Source: Spongospora subterranea f. sp. subterranea
Lineage: Eukaryota
Length of the DNA stretch: 64,000 bases
Assembly: GCA_049724395.1 (NCBI GenBank)
Contig: JAUGWO010000059.1
Span: 62,001 to 126,000 of the forward strand
Reading direction: 5' to 3'
Position 1 is the stretch's first letter. Each line of letters starts with the position of its first letter. Below the pieces are notes generated by a model that made no database searches, had not been told where the DNA came from, and worked only from the letters and a program-made list of their open reading frames with translations. Shown piece by piece: positions 1-13,722 of the stretch. The translations under genes were made by a program, and so were the position numbers.

Positions 1-2447
1 ATTGCAGGCAATTCGACGCTATTTTGACGCTTACATTGACGTGACCGATTGGATTCCGCTGTCGTTACAGCTGTATGGGAAAGTGGTGGAACTTCCGTTA
101 ACTTTCTCGCGTAAGCGCTATCTGAATTAGCACTGCAAGTTTTTGGACAATGCAGTGCCGTTTAAGCATTTACACTCGGTAACTGCGTCAAGCAATGACT
201 AATCGTGGTTGTTGCGATCAGAGGTTGCAGTGGACATCTCCAAATTACGTCCAGCAGAGATCGTCTCTCAGGTCTCGACAAGTGGATTGTCCGTTGCAAT
301 TTTCAACGGCAAGGCCCAACAGCAAGTAATTGAAATATTTTGCCGTTTTTTCGCCTTTAACTTCATCTCTTATGGTGTGAATTGCGATGTTGTGATTTGC
401 CCACTGGAAGAAAACCATTGAATGTGATGATATACGTGGTTTACAATTGGTTATAGCTCGGTTACCGTGTATCCATTGGGTTGACGGTCTTCATTATTGG
501 CGTGTTAATGTGGATATGCATCGCTTTTTCAAAGGACGTCAATCAGCTGGTGGTCGAACCTGTGGAAAATCTGGTTTGATAATTGCAGTTTGCTACATAA
601 TAACGCACATTGAAGCTTTTTAGGTTGCGCGAGTTAGAAAAATTGCTGACGATCCACTCAATTCAAACAACTTCAAAGATCTCACAATAAAAGGTGTTCC
701 GCAGTCACCTCGCAATTTGATTACATCGCCATCTAGCCACCAAGTCTCTCCGAGTGAAGCTGGCGCTCCGGGGACCAAAGGGCTATCCAAACTTTTTCAT
801 AAGCAACATAAGAAGAAGGACTCAAAAACTCACTTGGAAATCAGGTAGTCAGAAGTTGCAGTGGTTTTCAGGATATCGGATCTCACATTTTGTCAAGGGT
901 GCTGGAGCAAGCTGTGTCAAAAATTGTTGAGCTGCTGGCATTGGGGTTCGGTGAAGCAGGTCGGGAGGTTATTCGCAAGAGCCTAAAAATTGGAGGTCAA
1001 AGCGTTGATGCTGTTTCGTTGGGGCAAAAGGTTCATGCAATTTTCGGATTCTGTGATATTCGGAATTTCACCGTAAGTGACAAAAAAAACGATCGCTGTC
1101 GAAGTGACAAACAAATCTGAGTTGTTTTCTATAGGATATCTGCGAGTGTTTACAACAGGATGTAATGAAGTTTACCAACCAGATTGCACGCATTGTTCAC
1201 GGAGACGTTCAATTCTATGGCGGGCATTGCAACAAAAAGTCAGCTTTTCCTTTGTGGTGCTTCTTCGAGCATTAGGGGCGTTGCTGACTAGTGTTGCTTC
1301 TTAGCATAGGCGATGCATTTTTGCTTGTCTGGAGGCTACCGGACCTTGGATCTAAAGACAATGTGAATCAATCCTTTTGGAACAGCTATTCTTGAAATCT
1401 GATTATGTCTACAGGGACCACAACTGGAATTTAATCTGAAATCTCTAAATATGCTTGGCTGGGAACAGCTAGCGGATAATGCGCTAATATCTTTCATCAA
1501 AATCATCGCGGATATTAACAGGTTTCTACTCACCGGTTTTTAAGAAAGGCAACTTGACAGCGTGTTCTGAATAATGTTATGCATCAGAAGCGCCGAATTA
1601 ATCGCGTATAGAAATCACCCCGCCATAAAGGAAAGGTTTGGCAATGATTTTCAAGTTAGCATGGGGTTCGGTCTTCATGTGGGTTGGGCTATTGAAGGTA
1701 AACCAATCTTCTAGCATCGCATCAACCTTGCAAAATTTTTATTCAGCTTGGCTTAATGCATTTTCAACAAATGTCCATTAGGTGCAATTGGAAGCCGGTT
1801 CAAAATCGACGCATCATATTTGTCCCCAAATGTGAACTTGACCGCACGTCTGGAAAGCGCCACTAAACAGTTCGGGGTACCGATACTACTCTCCGAGCCC
1901 TTTGTGCAGCTTCTTAGTCAAACAGCTCAACTCAAAATCAGGAAGATAGACAATGTAATTTTCAAAGGTACAAGCGTAATTGAACCGAATTGTAATCACT
2001 ATTGATATCTAACCGGTTTTCAGGGGTTTCGGCACCCGTTGGATTGTACACATTTGACATCACTGACAATTCGCCTTTACCACGTCCAAACGGAGCGCAT
2101 CGGCCGATCACTGAAGCAGCCGTTTCTGTAGTGTTCCGCTCTGATCTTGATGTGATTGGTCTGCAAAGAAGCCATCCAAAACAGCTTCTGCCGACATTCA
2201 GGAAGGCGTTCACAGCTTATGAAAACGGAGGTCAGAGTGGTTGCCTTTGCACACTGAGCCAATCAATCAAGCATCTAAATCTTGATTTCATTGGCAGATT
2301 GGAAAGACGCTGTAGCAAAGCTTCAACAGTGTCTAAGTTGGGTTCCCAAAGATGGTCCTTCGTTATCGCTGTTGTCGTACATGAAACTGTGCGATGACCG
2401 GCCACCCGATTGGCTTTAAAGGATTTCGAGCTCTGGAATTTAAATAA
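1..2447 (+). CDS. Class III adenylyl cyclase, 3' part, multi-exon; resembles the alveolate-type (ACalpha-like) cyclases; 5' end lies outside the window
   Basis: Spliced exons encode LLALGFGEAG...KVHAIFGFCDIRNFT, IVHGDVQFYGGHCNK, GDAFLLVW, GFGLHVGWAIEG-AIGSRFKIDASYLSPNVNLTARLESATKQFGVPILLSE; short GT-AG introns. Confidence 0.9.
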
Positions 2448-2895
2448 AAACATTACTCTATTTCAATCCTGTCGTTACTCAACTGATCAGCCTCCCACTT
2501 TATTCCGTTACAAACTCATTTCAAAATATGTCTAATTATGTCATTACTTCCAATTTCATCAATCACAAACAGGCGACCTGCGCAGCAGAGCCGGTGAGCG
2601 TTTCGAGTTCGGTTGGAAGGTGCAATATACGGATTGCGTCCGACAAAACGCTGTATGATTTTCCAGCACGAATAAAATAAAGGGTTGGGGTGGGGTCGAA
2701 TGAGGAAAAATCTCGAAAGCGGGTTGGATTTCAAGAAAGTCAGCGGTCACGTACTACTCATTACCTCTTTGTACTCTGGACTTTGGCGCTCAATTTGCTG
2801 TTGAATCAGTGAACAGTTTATTGGGTTTTGGTAAGTCCTAGGGAAAGCACCAGGGCAAAAAACGTAAAAGAGTTTTCCTTGGTGGGGATATGTAT

Positions 2896-5795
2896 TCAGA
2901 AAGAGAGTGGTTTACAGCTGTTTGCCAGCCATTGCAACGTGACCGGATCGTTTTCCAGCAATGGAGACAGCTTCCTCCAACAATCGGCATGGTAGTCGTT
3001 CAGCCAATTCAGCTGGCTCTGGGACAACATTCCAACATTTATCAAAGACGCTTGGATTGGCGCCATTGTGACCTGCCAAAACATTCAAACTCGCCGTGAA
3101 AGGCCGTAAGCAACGACGTACCGATTCAAAGCTCATCCATTCACCGGTCCCGAATTCGTGCTGGGTCGTTTGCGCCCGAACCAGCATTACGTTCTCGATC
3201 CGGATTCCGAAAGCGTTCGTCTCGTAATAACCGGGCTCGTTTGTCACCTACGTTGGGTTAAAATCGGATTTTGATTTTGTTAATTATTACCGTCATGCCG
3301 GGTTTTAATGGAACCGTCGCGAGTGCCATCCGCCGAAGCAGGGCGCTGATTCCGTGAGGCCCTCTGAACAAGAATGAAGATGAGTATTTGGGGAAGGCGA
3401 ATAAAGACTCTTACTCATGAACGTTGAGGAATGAGCCGACTCCATGACCGGTCCCATGATTGTAATTTAAGCCAACAGACCAGAGCGACTCCCTCGCTAG
3501 CACATCCAACTGGTGTCCCGTAGTTCCACCTAACGTGCATTAGCAACAAGAATTTCGATAAGAATTATCGGCGAAAATACGAAACATATTTCTAGTATGG
3601 AGGTTGTCGACGTGCTAATTCATGTTGACGAAACGAAAAAAAAATTGCCGCTTTTTGAATTGACTGGGCAAGTAAAAGAACAAAGTGCAAGTAGAAGTGC
3701 AGAACAGAGCAAGAACTGCGACGGTCAAGCCATTGCCCGATCATGACAAACTCTATAAAAATCGCTATTCTGAAACCAAGAACAATTGATATCTCTCGCG
3801 TACATGGGAATACGGCTTGTGCAAGTCTAATGTGTCCGATTAGGACACGTGTGAAACAATCAACCTGGTGGTTGGTTGGCTGGCCAAAGTGCACAGTTCG
3901 GGTAACATCCGTAGTTCCATCATCAAATTGGGCGCCGCTGTCTACCAAGTACATCTCTTGGCGATTCAAAATCTGACAACCAAAGATTCAGTTTGTCAAA
4001 ACGAATGTCTCACACTTCACGAACGCGTTCGCTAGCACGATCCGGTTTATAATGGATGATTGCCCCATTCGGACCCGAACCGGAAATCGTGTCGAATGAT
4101 AAGCCGCGGAATTTGGGCAACGTTTGCCGATACGATTCCAATCGATCTGCAGCGTCTACTTCACTAATTGAACTGGAAACAAGCGTATGTGAGTAAAATT
4201 GGCTGTCAAAGATGAATGTTGAGACGACGTCAAATATAAAACCACGTGAACGCGTGTTGGTTCTTAACGAAGCGAATCGAATTTCGAACAACTTTGAAAT
4301 GAACCCAAAGAATTGAGAATTTTGACGATTTCTTACTTTTCGATTACAGAGTCCAACCAGGAAAGAAACCGAACCAGAGCGGCTCCGTCTCGTATATGGC
4401 ATTGCCGCATTCCTTCTAATTCGACCGGGTTCTTGATAGACTTCATTTCTTCGATGGGGCTCGGTTTTTCGACAATGGTGCGTGGTGCGACGGAATCATG
4501 AATTGCCATGGAGCATTGCATTGGGTCAACCCAAACTTTCGTAGCCGACGACGTCTGCAGGTGATTGAGCAATGCGTTGTAGGGCGCCAATTTCACGCCA
4601 ATCGACTCCAGGTACGATGCGACGTCACTGGAAACTTTCGTTGAATCCGTGAATAAAATCGGGGCGTCATTGGCATCGACAACGGCATAACCGAAGAAAA
4701 CCGGGTTGAAAGAAATGTCACTTCCGCGAAGATTGAACAGCCACGCAACCTCATCCAGAGCACAAACGACAAACAGGTCAACCTTTTCGATGGTCAACAA
4801 TCGCTGCAACCTAAAAGAAAATGACGCAGCTTTGAAAAATTATGCGGAACAAAATATGATCAATCAACGAGAACAAGGCAAACTTGATTGCTAACAGCAT
4901 TATGTTTAAGTAGCTATTACTGTTGAATTTTGAGTTGAGCTGGGACGCCAGCGTACGAGACTGGGTGAATAAACACGGGATCGGCTGGAGGAGCTGGACG
5001 AACCTGGCCCCAAACTGTATCGATGGGATTTGGAGACACAGACTGCAACTTGGTATCGAGGTCCAAAAGTCGCCGATACGTCGTCAATGAAACGACAAAT
5101 GGATCCACTGTGAGAAAGGAAATGTTTTGAAAGGCATAAACAAGTGCGATTTTTTCGAATTTTTAACTGCAAATCAAATAAAGCCAAGAGCAAGTTGACA
5201 ATACGATAGCACTTGGCAGGGCATGAAGATTAGAAATCATCAAGTAATAAACAGTACAATGAATGGGACAATAATCAACAAGGCATCAAAACAGGAACAG
5301 AAACCTCCAGGAACGTACAACCAACAAATCACAAACGGGATAAAGATGAGAGCAAAGACGATATTGCTCATTTCGGAATAGTGCAGTTGTATACCTCCTA
5401 ATGTGGAACTAGAGGACATGTTTTTCCCAATCCATTCGTAGACCAGAGGGACGTCGGGCTCGCCTTGACGCATCAGGGTCCAAGCCGGCGACAACTGCTT
5501 TGCAGCTTGGGTGAAATAGCGCCCATCAGTCCACAGCAATGCCTCATCTCTGGTCACCAGGGCGGTCCCGGCCGAACCTGAAAATCCGGATATGAATTCC
5601 CGGCGCTAAACGCAACGGAAACAGTGAATGGGGCTTCGCCAAACAAAAATAGCTTTGTCAAGAACCTTATGGTAGTCGGCAACATATTCGGATTGGTGAG
5701 GATCCTCAGAAGGGAATGAGAAAGGCGTCAATAGAAGCGTTGGCCATGAAGGCCCGCAACAAGCTAAGGGCCGTATCCTGTGTCGATGAGGTCAT
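2896..5795 (-). CDS. Xaa-Pro aminopeptidase (M24B, aminopeptidase P), multi-exon
   Basis: Motifs [88 protein letters not shown]. Apparent +1 C in a C-run near 5712-5714 frameshifts exon 1. Confidence 0.93.
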
Positions 5796-6035
5796 GATCC
5801 CCTTCGTTCTGATCATTATTCTAAAGGGACTTCACCGCTCAAGGAACAGTGAGGAGTGACCCGCTGTATATACAGTACACACGTAATTTTGATGTGTACA
5901 CTTATGTGTACTGTTGAATCGTTATGTCGTTCCACAACACGAGATGTTTTTATTTGTTGTTGTTGACCCTCTTATTGGTACTTTGTTGATTGCCAATTTG
6001 TCCACCGACTGCGTTAAAGGGGTTATAATTGAATA

Positions 6036-6817
6036 CTTTTTCATATCAAAAAACGAATATTTCGAATTGAAAGACGAATTTTTCACAGAATGCACTACAC
6101 AGCATTCAAAAGCAACGCCATATCGAATTATAAAAATCAATGGCTACTGCGGCAGCAATGTCGCCACTGCTTGGCGATTCTAATTTTTTTTCGCAATCGC
6201 GATGAGCAACCTTCACGCAAATTGACTAATCGTGTGCCTACGTTGACGACAAAGCTGGGCGAGCCGCAGAAGCATTGATTTTTACCATACGATATGGCCG
6301 TCGTTGCGAATGCTTCGTCTTTCAATGCGAAGCATTGGTCTTTTAATATAAAAGAAGACGACCTCATGGACAATTTACCCAAATTCGATATCCTACCCAA
6401 TTTACAGAAACCTGGCAAGACGAGTCGACCTATTATTGGGCGCTACAGCCTGGATCACTACTATAATTTGGGTGGGATATGGAATTCAGCTAAACTGTCC
6501 ATGGGGCCGTCCTCTAAGTACTTATCCATCTGTTTAATGCATTCTTTGGAAAATTCGTCTCTCAATTCGAATTATTCGTCTTTTCAAAATGTGAATAAGG
6601 ATGTTCCAGAAGTTGGTGCGGATAGGTTCGTAAATGTTTGAATATTTTTGAAATGAGCGAGGACCAGCTGGTTATATCCTGAGATATCCATTGCGATAAA
6701 ACCTATGTTCTTGTCTGCGGCGACTATCTTGAGGTGTTTCAGGTTCTTACATTTGTAAAAGAGTTGACTGGGTTTGGCTAAGAGTAGGGACGTTCTTCTT
6801 TGACCTTGGAAACGCAT
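6036..6817. mobile_element. Penelope-like element (PLE) reverse transcriptase relic arranged as an old inverted duplication
   Basis: Minus strand LKIVAADKNIGFIAMD (PLE ADK motif); plus strand PKFDILPNLQKPGKTSRPII (PLE PKIHK..RPI motif); arms 6036-6102/6530-6599 and 6353-6407/6461-6515. Confidence 0.7.
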
Positions 6818-7278
6818 CTGTTAATGTGTGTAATCAATGAGAAACCTTGGACTCACCCCCGACCGCTGCTGACAGCGGCTTTTTCAAAATTCGATGGCAT
6901 GTTTATTGGGGACCAGATAAACCAGCGTCTGGACCTGATCTGGACGTCCACCCCCAAGACGATGACCCGTGTTTGACACGACGTATATAATTCCCAAGCT
7001 GCGGGCACGCTCCGGCAATCCCGATCGCTGGTTGGAAACGAAATTCGGTTGCAAGGATATGCTACCGAATCAGGCGAAATGGGTTATTTCCATTCATCTC
7101 GAGGAACAGTATGTATTGATCTCTGGCGTGTCATTGTATCAATAAGTGTTTAGCAAAAATTGGGTTGTGGCGGTGATACGGTCCCCGAACATGCTTCGAT
7201 CTCTCCAAGGGCGAACTTCGTTGTTGAATAGTTGAAGGGCTTCCAATTGATCTGATTTCCTTTTCAGCAGGTAAGCGA

Positions 7279-8979
7279 ATGGTCTTCGCGTGTAGTGATC
7301 AAAGTATGTGGCAATGTAGTAGAAATTTCCTGGAAGACCTGCTCTGGGGAATGGTCCTTCGATGTCAGAGCATCCAAAATCCTCGAGATTCGAATGTTAA
7401 ACGATTGCTGAAGAATGCAGATTACGGCACGCAGCAGCATCTCCGCAATAACTTTATCGATCGCGGTATAGGAACCCTCATTGATGGATACACGACTATC
7501 GACCAGATTGTCGACATCGCAACACATTTTTGGGGTAAAAGCAGAGACCACGGGCAACATCTTCGGAACCTATGTGCTTTTTTTATGTCTCACTATGCAT
7601 TTCTTCGAGGGGAAACGGTTCGAAGTTTGGAGTTTGCGGATATGCATTCAGTACAGTTAGAGAAGGAAGGGTTTTCTATTTGCTATGCATTGGTTTTAGT
7701 TTTTCATCAGGGCAAAACAAACCAATTTGGGCGCAACGATTTTGGGCTTTCGTTCGCAACAAAGACGTTCGGGTCTGTCCTTGGGGTGCTCTCGGGTTTT
7801 ATTTGTTTTGGCGGTTTCACGTCGAAAGTGATCCATTTCCAGTTTTCACTACGAGCGAAAACTGGTTCAATCTGAAGCTTCTCAAGAGTGGCCAAAAATC
7901 CTAGAACTCCTCTCGACTACAAGACTCATAAGAAATCAATTGATTCTGCGTTCCGGTCTGTCGGATTGAATGCCAAAGCCAAGACTCACGCTGCCCGAGG
8001 TTCCGGAGCAAGGATGGCTGAAGTAGGTGGCGCATCCGAAGATCAGATTCGTCGTCTCGGAAGGTGGAACAATCAGGCGATGGAAAACTGCTCCCTGACT
8101 TCTCTGCCTCGAGAAGCCATCAGAACTCTCTGGCCGGATTTTTCTCCGGCGCAAGGAAACTTGTATCTCCAGCGTGCCGCAATTGAACCTTCTGAAGCGC
8201 TGAAACTGATGCTCTTTCCTATGGTTGAGACTTGTCTGAACAGGATTGCTACCGGGGAATATTGTCAAACTATTGCGGCAAAGGGATTTCTTCAACTCTT
8301 TCAAAGACTCAGAACCGTGGTTCTGCAGGACTCGGTAATCATGAGATCGAAGTATCCTGAGCATCCTTTATGGAGTGCTAATATAATCTCCTGTGATATC
8401 TATCGTAATTTCGCCGGGGATTTACTCACAGCAGTCAGCAAAGCTTGTGACCCGACGGAAAATCGGCTACAACAAGCGATGTCAGCACTGTCTGAAAAGG
8501 TTGATGCAGTCCATCAAGATCTGAAGACAACAATATCAGCGACAATCGATCCGATATCACGCAGTCTATCTTCATTGCGGGAGAATTTAGGGGATTTACT
8601 TTCTGACAGGGTGCCGGTCACAATCAATGCTCAATGGCAATAATCTCGGGATGAACGTCGTCCAATGGAGCCATGTGATGTCGGTCATCCGGTCATGCAA
8701 GAGGAATGTGATGGTGCGAACCCAGTTCCATACAAAATGAGCAGGGGAATCCATTCTGTGGTGGACCTATGGAGAGAGTGGTCTGAGGGACTAGGTGGAG
8801 GTCCATCAGTCAGGGATTTGGAAAGGAGATGGGGATTAAAATGGTGCCACGATAGCGAGAGAAGGTTCTTTAATCGCCGGAGAACAGTGACTGATGCAAT
8901 TATTGACAAAGCGCGGTCCTTTGATAAGATGGGAAATCGCTTGACTGGCTATCCAAGCACATTAAACAATCGTCCTTAA
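7279..8979 (+). mobile_element. CryptonF-type tyrosine recombinase transposon ORF (NDC10_II-like domain plus C-terminal GCR1_C), disrupted
   Basis: FLRGETVR, QGKTNQFG, RNKDVRVCPWGALGFYLFWRF, KTHAARGSGARMAE..IRRLGRWN, and YKMSRGIHSVVDLWREWSEGLGGGPSVRDLERRWG..RRFFNRRR; two frameshifts and an in-frame stop at 8641. Confidence 0.85.
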
Positions 8980-10869
8980 GCAATAATAAACGGACGTGTC
9001 ATATGTTGGTTTCTTCACCTTCGAGCTGAGACTCAGACTGCCCAGAACCCCGCGAAAGATTGTTGATGCGACGTTCCATTGTTTGTTCATCGAACAAATC
9101 TGCTGCACATGAACGGTGTTTCAAATTGCAGAAGTTAACATCGGTATTGGAGCAGATTCAGCTTCATTCGATACACTCTCAATTGATTCTTTCAGATCAA
9201 TCATGTTGACCATCAAAGAAGGCGTTTTGTAGAACAATTTCACTGTGGTTTAACACTGGTTTTGTTGCGTAACTTTCAGTTACACTTGGGCTGGGACAGA
9301 AAACAGTGTAACAGGCAGGTCCCAGGTCCTGCTGGAAGTTGTGGGAATCACGGGAGTTTGCGTAAAACTGGTCTTTGGTGGAGAAGTATACTACACGTAC
9401 CTATTAAACCATTATTGGGATTGATTTTCAAAGAGACTCCATTGAGGAGTCATCACGACCTTCCTCGATAAACCGTAAGAGTTATCAGCATTTGACATGG
9501 ATTTTCTTTGCTGTTTTTTTACAACTCTTCGTGTCTTGCCGCTTAGGATAGGCTTTCCTAAGCATATTCTGTATGTATAACAAGCAGGAGGGCCATCAGT
9601 AAATAGCGACCCTAGAAACCTTGATTCTGGGTCCGCTAGAACCTCCGCGATTGACTTTAAAGCAGGATCGATAAAAGGTGTTGCATCTCCGAACTTATCG
9701 GTACTCCAATCCGTCCTCTGATACTCAAGATTTCATGTCAATACGACCCAACAGGGTCACGATGACCAGGATCTTGGATATCAGGCTTTCACGGCAAATG
9801 TATTCCACTGACTGATGTAACTTGAAATCAGAAAAAACTGCTTTTGAAATTTGTAAGAGCAGTTTTTGGTGAAAAATGAATGCGCCTGCGGACTTCTTTG
9901 GTACACAACCGGATTCCTTGATTTCCAAACAAGGTTTTCCCAATACAGCAACGTTATGGTCCGGTGGTTCTTCATTTGACGGGCCTGTCAACCAAGTAAA
10001 TTGCTGATTTTGTTGTCTTCAAACGAATTCTACCTTGGGATTCTATTCCGCATAGAGCGGATTTTTCCTCCCTGATAATTCGTGTCAATATTATTGAAGA
10101 TTCCGTTTAGGTCCTTAACATGCTTGCCTGTAAGCTTTTCCGGCTGGTAATCATTTTCTAAAAGTATTGCTTCTAAAGCGATTTCGTGGGGATTCTGCAT
10201 CCAACCTTGTTTATTTGCTGCCATTTGGCTCTTGCTCATTGCGCTGTTTGTTGCGACAGTACGTATCATCGGCTCTGTTTAACAGGCCAGTGGTCAGCGC
10301 AGTCCGTGGCGCATTTTTGGTTTAATAAAATTACAGTACAATCGTGTTAATCTTTCATTTGCGCGACCGTGCGCATTCTACTGTTAGATGACGGATGAAG
10401 ATCTTGATATCTCATCCAAGTCGCCTTCTTGGTTGCCAATTGGCCAACATTAGGAATAACGTGAATCTGTGTACTTTAGTGATGGTAAAGGCTAATCAAG
10501 TTTAATATTGACGTTTGATTTACAGTTCTACTGCGACAAATCCTGGAGTGTATGTCTCAATGTGGTTTTTAAGTCTGATTGCTAACGGAATCCGGGTCGG
10601 AGCCGAACTTGCTTTGGTATCCTTTTTGAGTAACCGACCAAGTAGCATTGGCAAACAATCCATAAACTGAACTATTGAGGTTTGATGCAAGGTGTGAGTA
10701 AGGATGGTTGCGGGTCATAAACATATGCTACTACTACAGTATCTGGTACCATGTATGACAATGCTTCGACGGGTGATCTTCCGTTATCAACGGCTACTCG
10801 TATGACAATGTCTGTCTACGAAATGTTTGAGAGCGAAATCATAGTAGAAGTTGTTATATAATCATTGGA

Positions 10870-11040
10870 GTGATGTCCAGTTCTCTTGCCCCTGCTGACC
10901 GGCGAATATTGAAACATGTCAGCATGCCATCGGAATGTAGTTGAATCAAGCGCCAAAACCATAATGACTCGGGCAGATTGAAATCTTGGTGCCCGCTACA
11001 GATATCCATGCCTAAACGACGAAAACGCGTAAGAAAGATT
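10870..11040 (+). mobile_element. Possible MULE SWIM zinc-finger relic
   Basis: Degenerate SCPC...CQHAIG followed by basic KRRKRVRK, with stop codons. Confidence 0.25.
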
Positions 11041-11299
11041 TCTGATCCAATTACAAATCATTACCAATGATCTGAGCATCAATAAACAGTGACAATGGAC
11101 CCAGCAATTTCAGATGATAAGGAGAGTTGCTTTCGGTTTCAGGATCATAAACGATTCGGAACAGAGACACTCGCCGTGCAGCGCTACATGCCACCAGTAC
11201 CAATGAAAGAGCGGGTAAAGTACGCAGCAAAATGCCCCGGCAAGGGTGGCCAAAATGGTACTGCCGACATGGTAAACTCCTGAAATCGTAACTATCTGC

Positions 11300-12982
11300 A
11301 CCGGAATCATATTATAATCAGGCCTTGATGCAAGAATGAAAAAAAAGAACAATATTCGGGCAAGAAAACGTACCAAACCACAACTGTTGTACGAGCAATA
11401 CCTAAAATGGAAAGGTCAAATGAGGCCAAGAACAGATGGATCTCGTTGGCGAACACTATTAGGTTGAGCGATTTGAGATTGTCGTTGCAATTGGAAAGAT
11501 CACCATTGTCTATACCCTAAAAAATGATTCGCAGATTATGAATGGAACGCCGAAAAGCAAAAATTAATTCTCTTTTAACAATATCGATTTTCAACTGTTC
11601 AATTTGAGATAAAAATCACTATGCATTGACCTGTTCGTTATGCATATCGAGGTAGGACGCTGCGACATACTGTATCGGGAAGAAACTTATCGCCCAGACT
11701 GGCGCATCGAAATCTTTGTTAGCGCTGTGCAACATGGCAGAGGCAAAGTTAATCAAGTGGGCATTTGACTGAGAAAGCACAGACAATTAAAGCAAATGTG
11801 TTGGCGAACTGCGACGCGACAACATAGAAAGTTTGAAAACACTATCAATAATACACCGTGATGTTCTCACATATACAGAAGCTGACGAGTCGAAAGGTCC
11901 CAGACCCGGGCAGTCCCGTCAATGGAAGCCGACGCCAGGAATCTGCCGTCACCACTGACGTTGACACTTGGGATATTGTGTGCATGTCCTTGATTTTGAG
12001 GGCAACACGGATTATCATGAGTGTAAAGAAAATTGGCGTGCTAACCTTCAAGAATATAGCAACGTTGCGGATACATGACGTCGGATAACGCAATCCTAGA
12101 CAAAAAAAAACATCAGCAATCGGTACGTATCTAGTGAAAATAATATTATCACAGTGCAGATGCAAGGCCATTGCGTCACGGGCAAAAAATTGGACTACAA
12201 AATGAATCTGTTAACATTGCAAAAGGTTGAATAATTCTCAAACCAGATTTGGTTTTGCAGTCGATTCTTTTCTTGAAAGATGAGGTATACCATATAAAAA
12301 CTTACTCGAAACATCAACAGCAACAAAAAATTCGGGTATGCTCCTACAGATGGGTATTTGAAGAAGTGACCACCATTGGGTAGTTCTGCAGATAAGTTAC
12401 GCCCCACACACTACGATCAATGGTGTCGGTGACGGCATTTGGTAATCTCAAGGTCAGCATGAATTCCGCCTGTTCATCGGATCGCATGAAGCCGTAAACG
12501 TGGCCGTCCATCGTCGCAGCCAGAAATACATCGCCCTGTATGCTTGAGCTCTGTCGGACGAGGTTGGTGATTTCCGAGTCGAACTGCATCCATTTGATCG
12601 TCGGATTATCGCCGATGCGACCGTGATTTGCCATCGTGACGTTAATAACTGGAAATCGAAATGAGAAATAAAGAAACTGTAATTAATTAGTAAATTGGCA
12701 AAAATGTTATTGTTAAGAAAAAATACTGTCGACTATCAAAGTATTTTCGAATTTCATTGGCGATGAAAACAATGAATGCAATCAGATTTTACTCGCTGCG
12801 CGATGGGCGATGAATAGCGTGGTATTGTCACTGGACACAGCGAGCTGATTCAACATCCATGGGATGAATACATCATCCCTTATCTCCTTTGCAATGCAAT
12901 CATCCATCCAGAAGAGGTCCAAATAGATGGAAGACCGGCCTGACAAGGAGCGAGCCGCCTCCGCCTGCATCTCCACGGCCAT
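11300..12982 (-). CDS. WD40-repeat protein, CRT10-like, multi-exon; 3' end approximate
   Basis: Exons give SVWGV...VVTSSNTH and GHAHNIPSVNVSGDGRFLASASIDGTARVWDL, matching the CRT10-type HNIP WD repeat. Confidence 0.7.
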
Positions 12983-13722
12983 TGCATATCACAAATGAGA
13001 GGCATCTGGCTAGTGTGCGCGAATGATTTTATTGAAACGCATGCTAATACGACTGGGACTATATTGGAAGCGTTACAAGAGTTGCAGAAATCAGGATCGA
13101 TACACAACTTCTAGTAACGAATAACCAAAGTGTGATGTTGGAAAGGCATTGATAGACCTCAATTATGTGAGAAGTTCATAAACGAATTGATAGGTGGTTG
13201 GTTGGTGCAATGATATGCAAAGATTATTATTGAACTAATGCGGCAGGAGTAGCCGGAAGCCCATGAACGAACGGCAAATACAACCTGCCACACACAAACT
13301 GGAAAAGCGTCATATAAGAACGTCATAAAAGTGCCGACACCGATCCATTATCTGACCAGGCATAGCAGATCGCGACCCTACCAACACACACGACCGCAAT
13401 ACGCGAGATCATTGACCAGGCCACGGTGTGAGTTGTGGATTCTGTACAGTGAAGTTTGGATGGTAAACAGCGTCAGTGACGAGATGGTCAAATTAAGTGA
13501 TGAGAAAATATTGGTTAGCGACTGTGGGGCTTGGCAGTGCTAATTATGGCATTGACTAGTGTCATGCCCGACAAAGACTGCGCCCAAGTCAAAAAACCCC
13601 GAGAAGTAACCCTCAAATACGGTTTTGGGGCCATTCTACATACTAGTGCGGAAATCGACCAGGGGACACCAATCCAGACTACTAATTAAGAGTGCTCGAC
13701 CAAGCAAGGTCGACCTCAACCA

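Noticed and set aside
5705..5720. Frameshift and stop in exon 1 of the aminopeptidase P gene (pseudogene or programmed frameshift)
   Set aside because: One extra C in a homopolymer of an otherwise intact conserved gene; an assembly indel is the simplest explanation.
5873..5913. CAGTACACA...TGTGTACTG mini inverted repeat (Tc1-like ends)
   Set aside because: Only 9-bp arms and no matching TA duplication on the right; may be chance.
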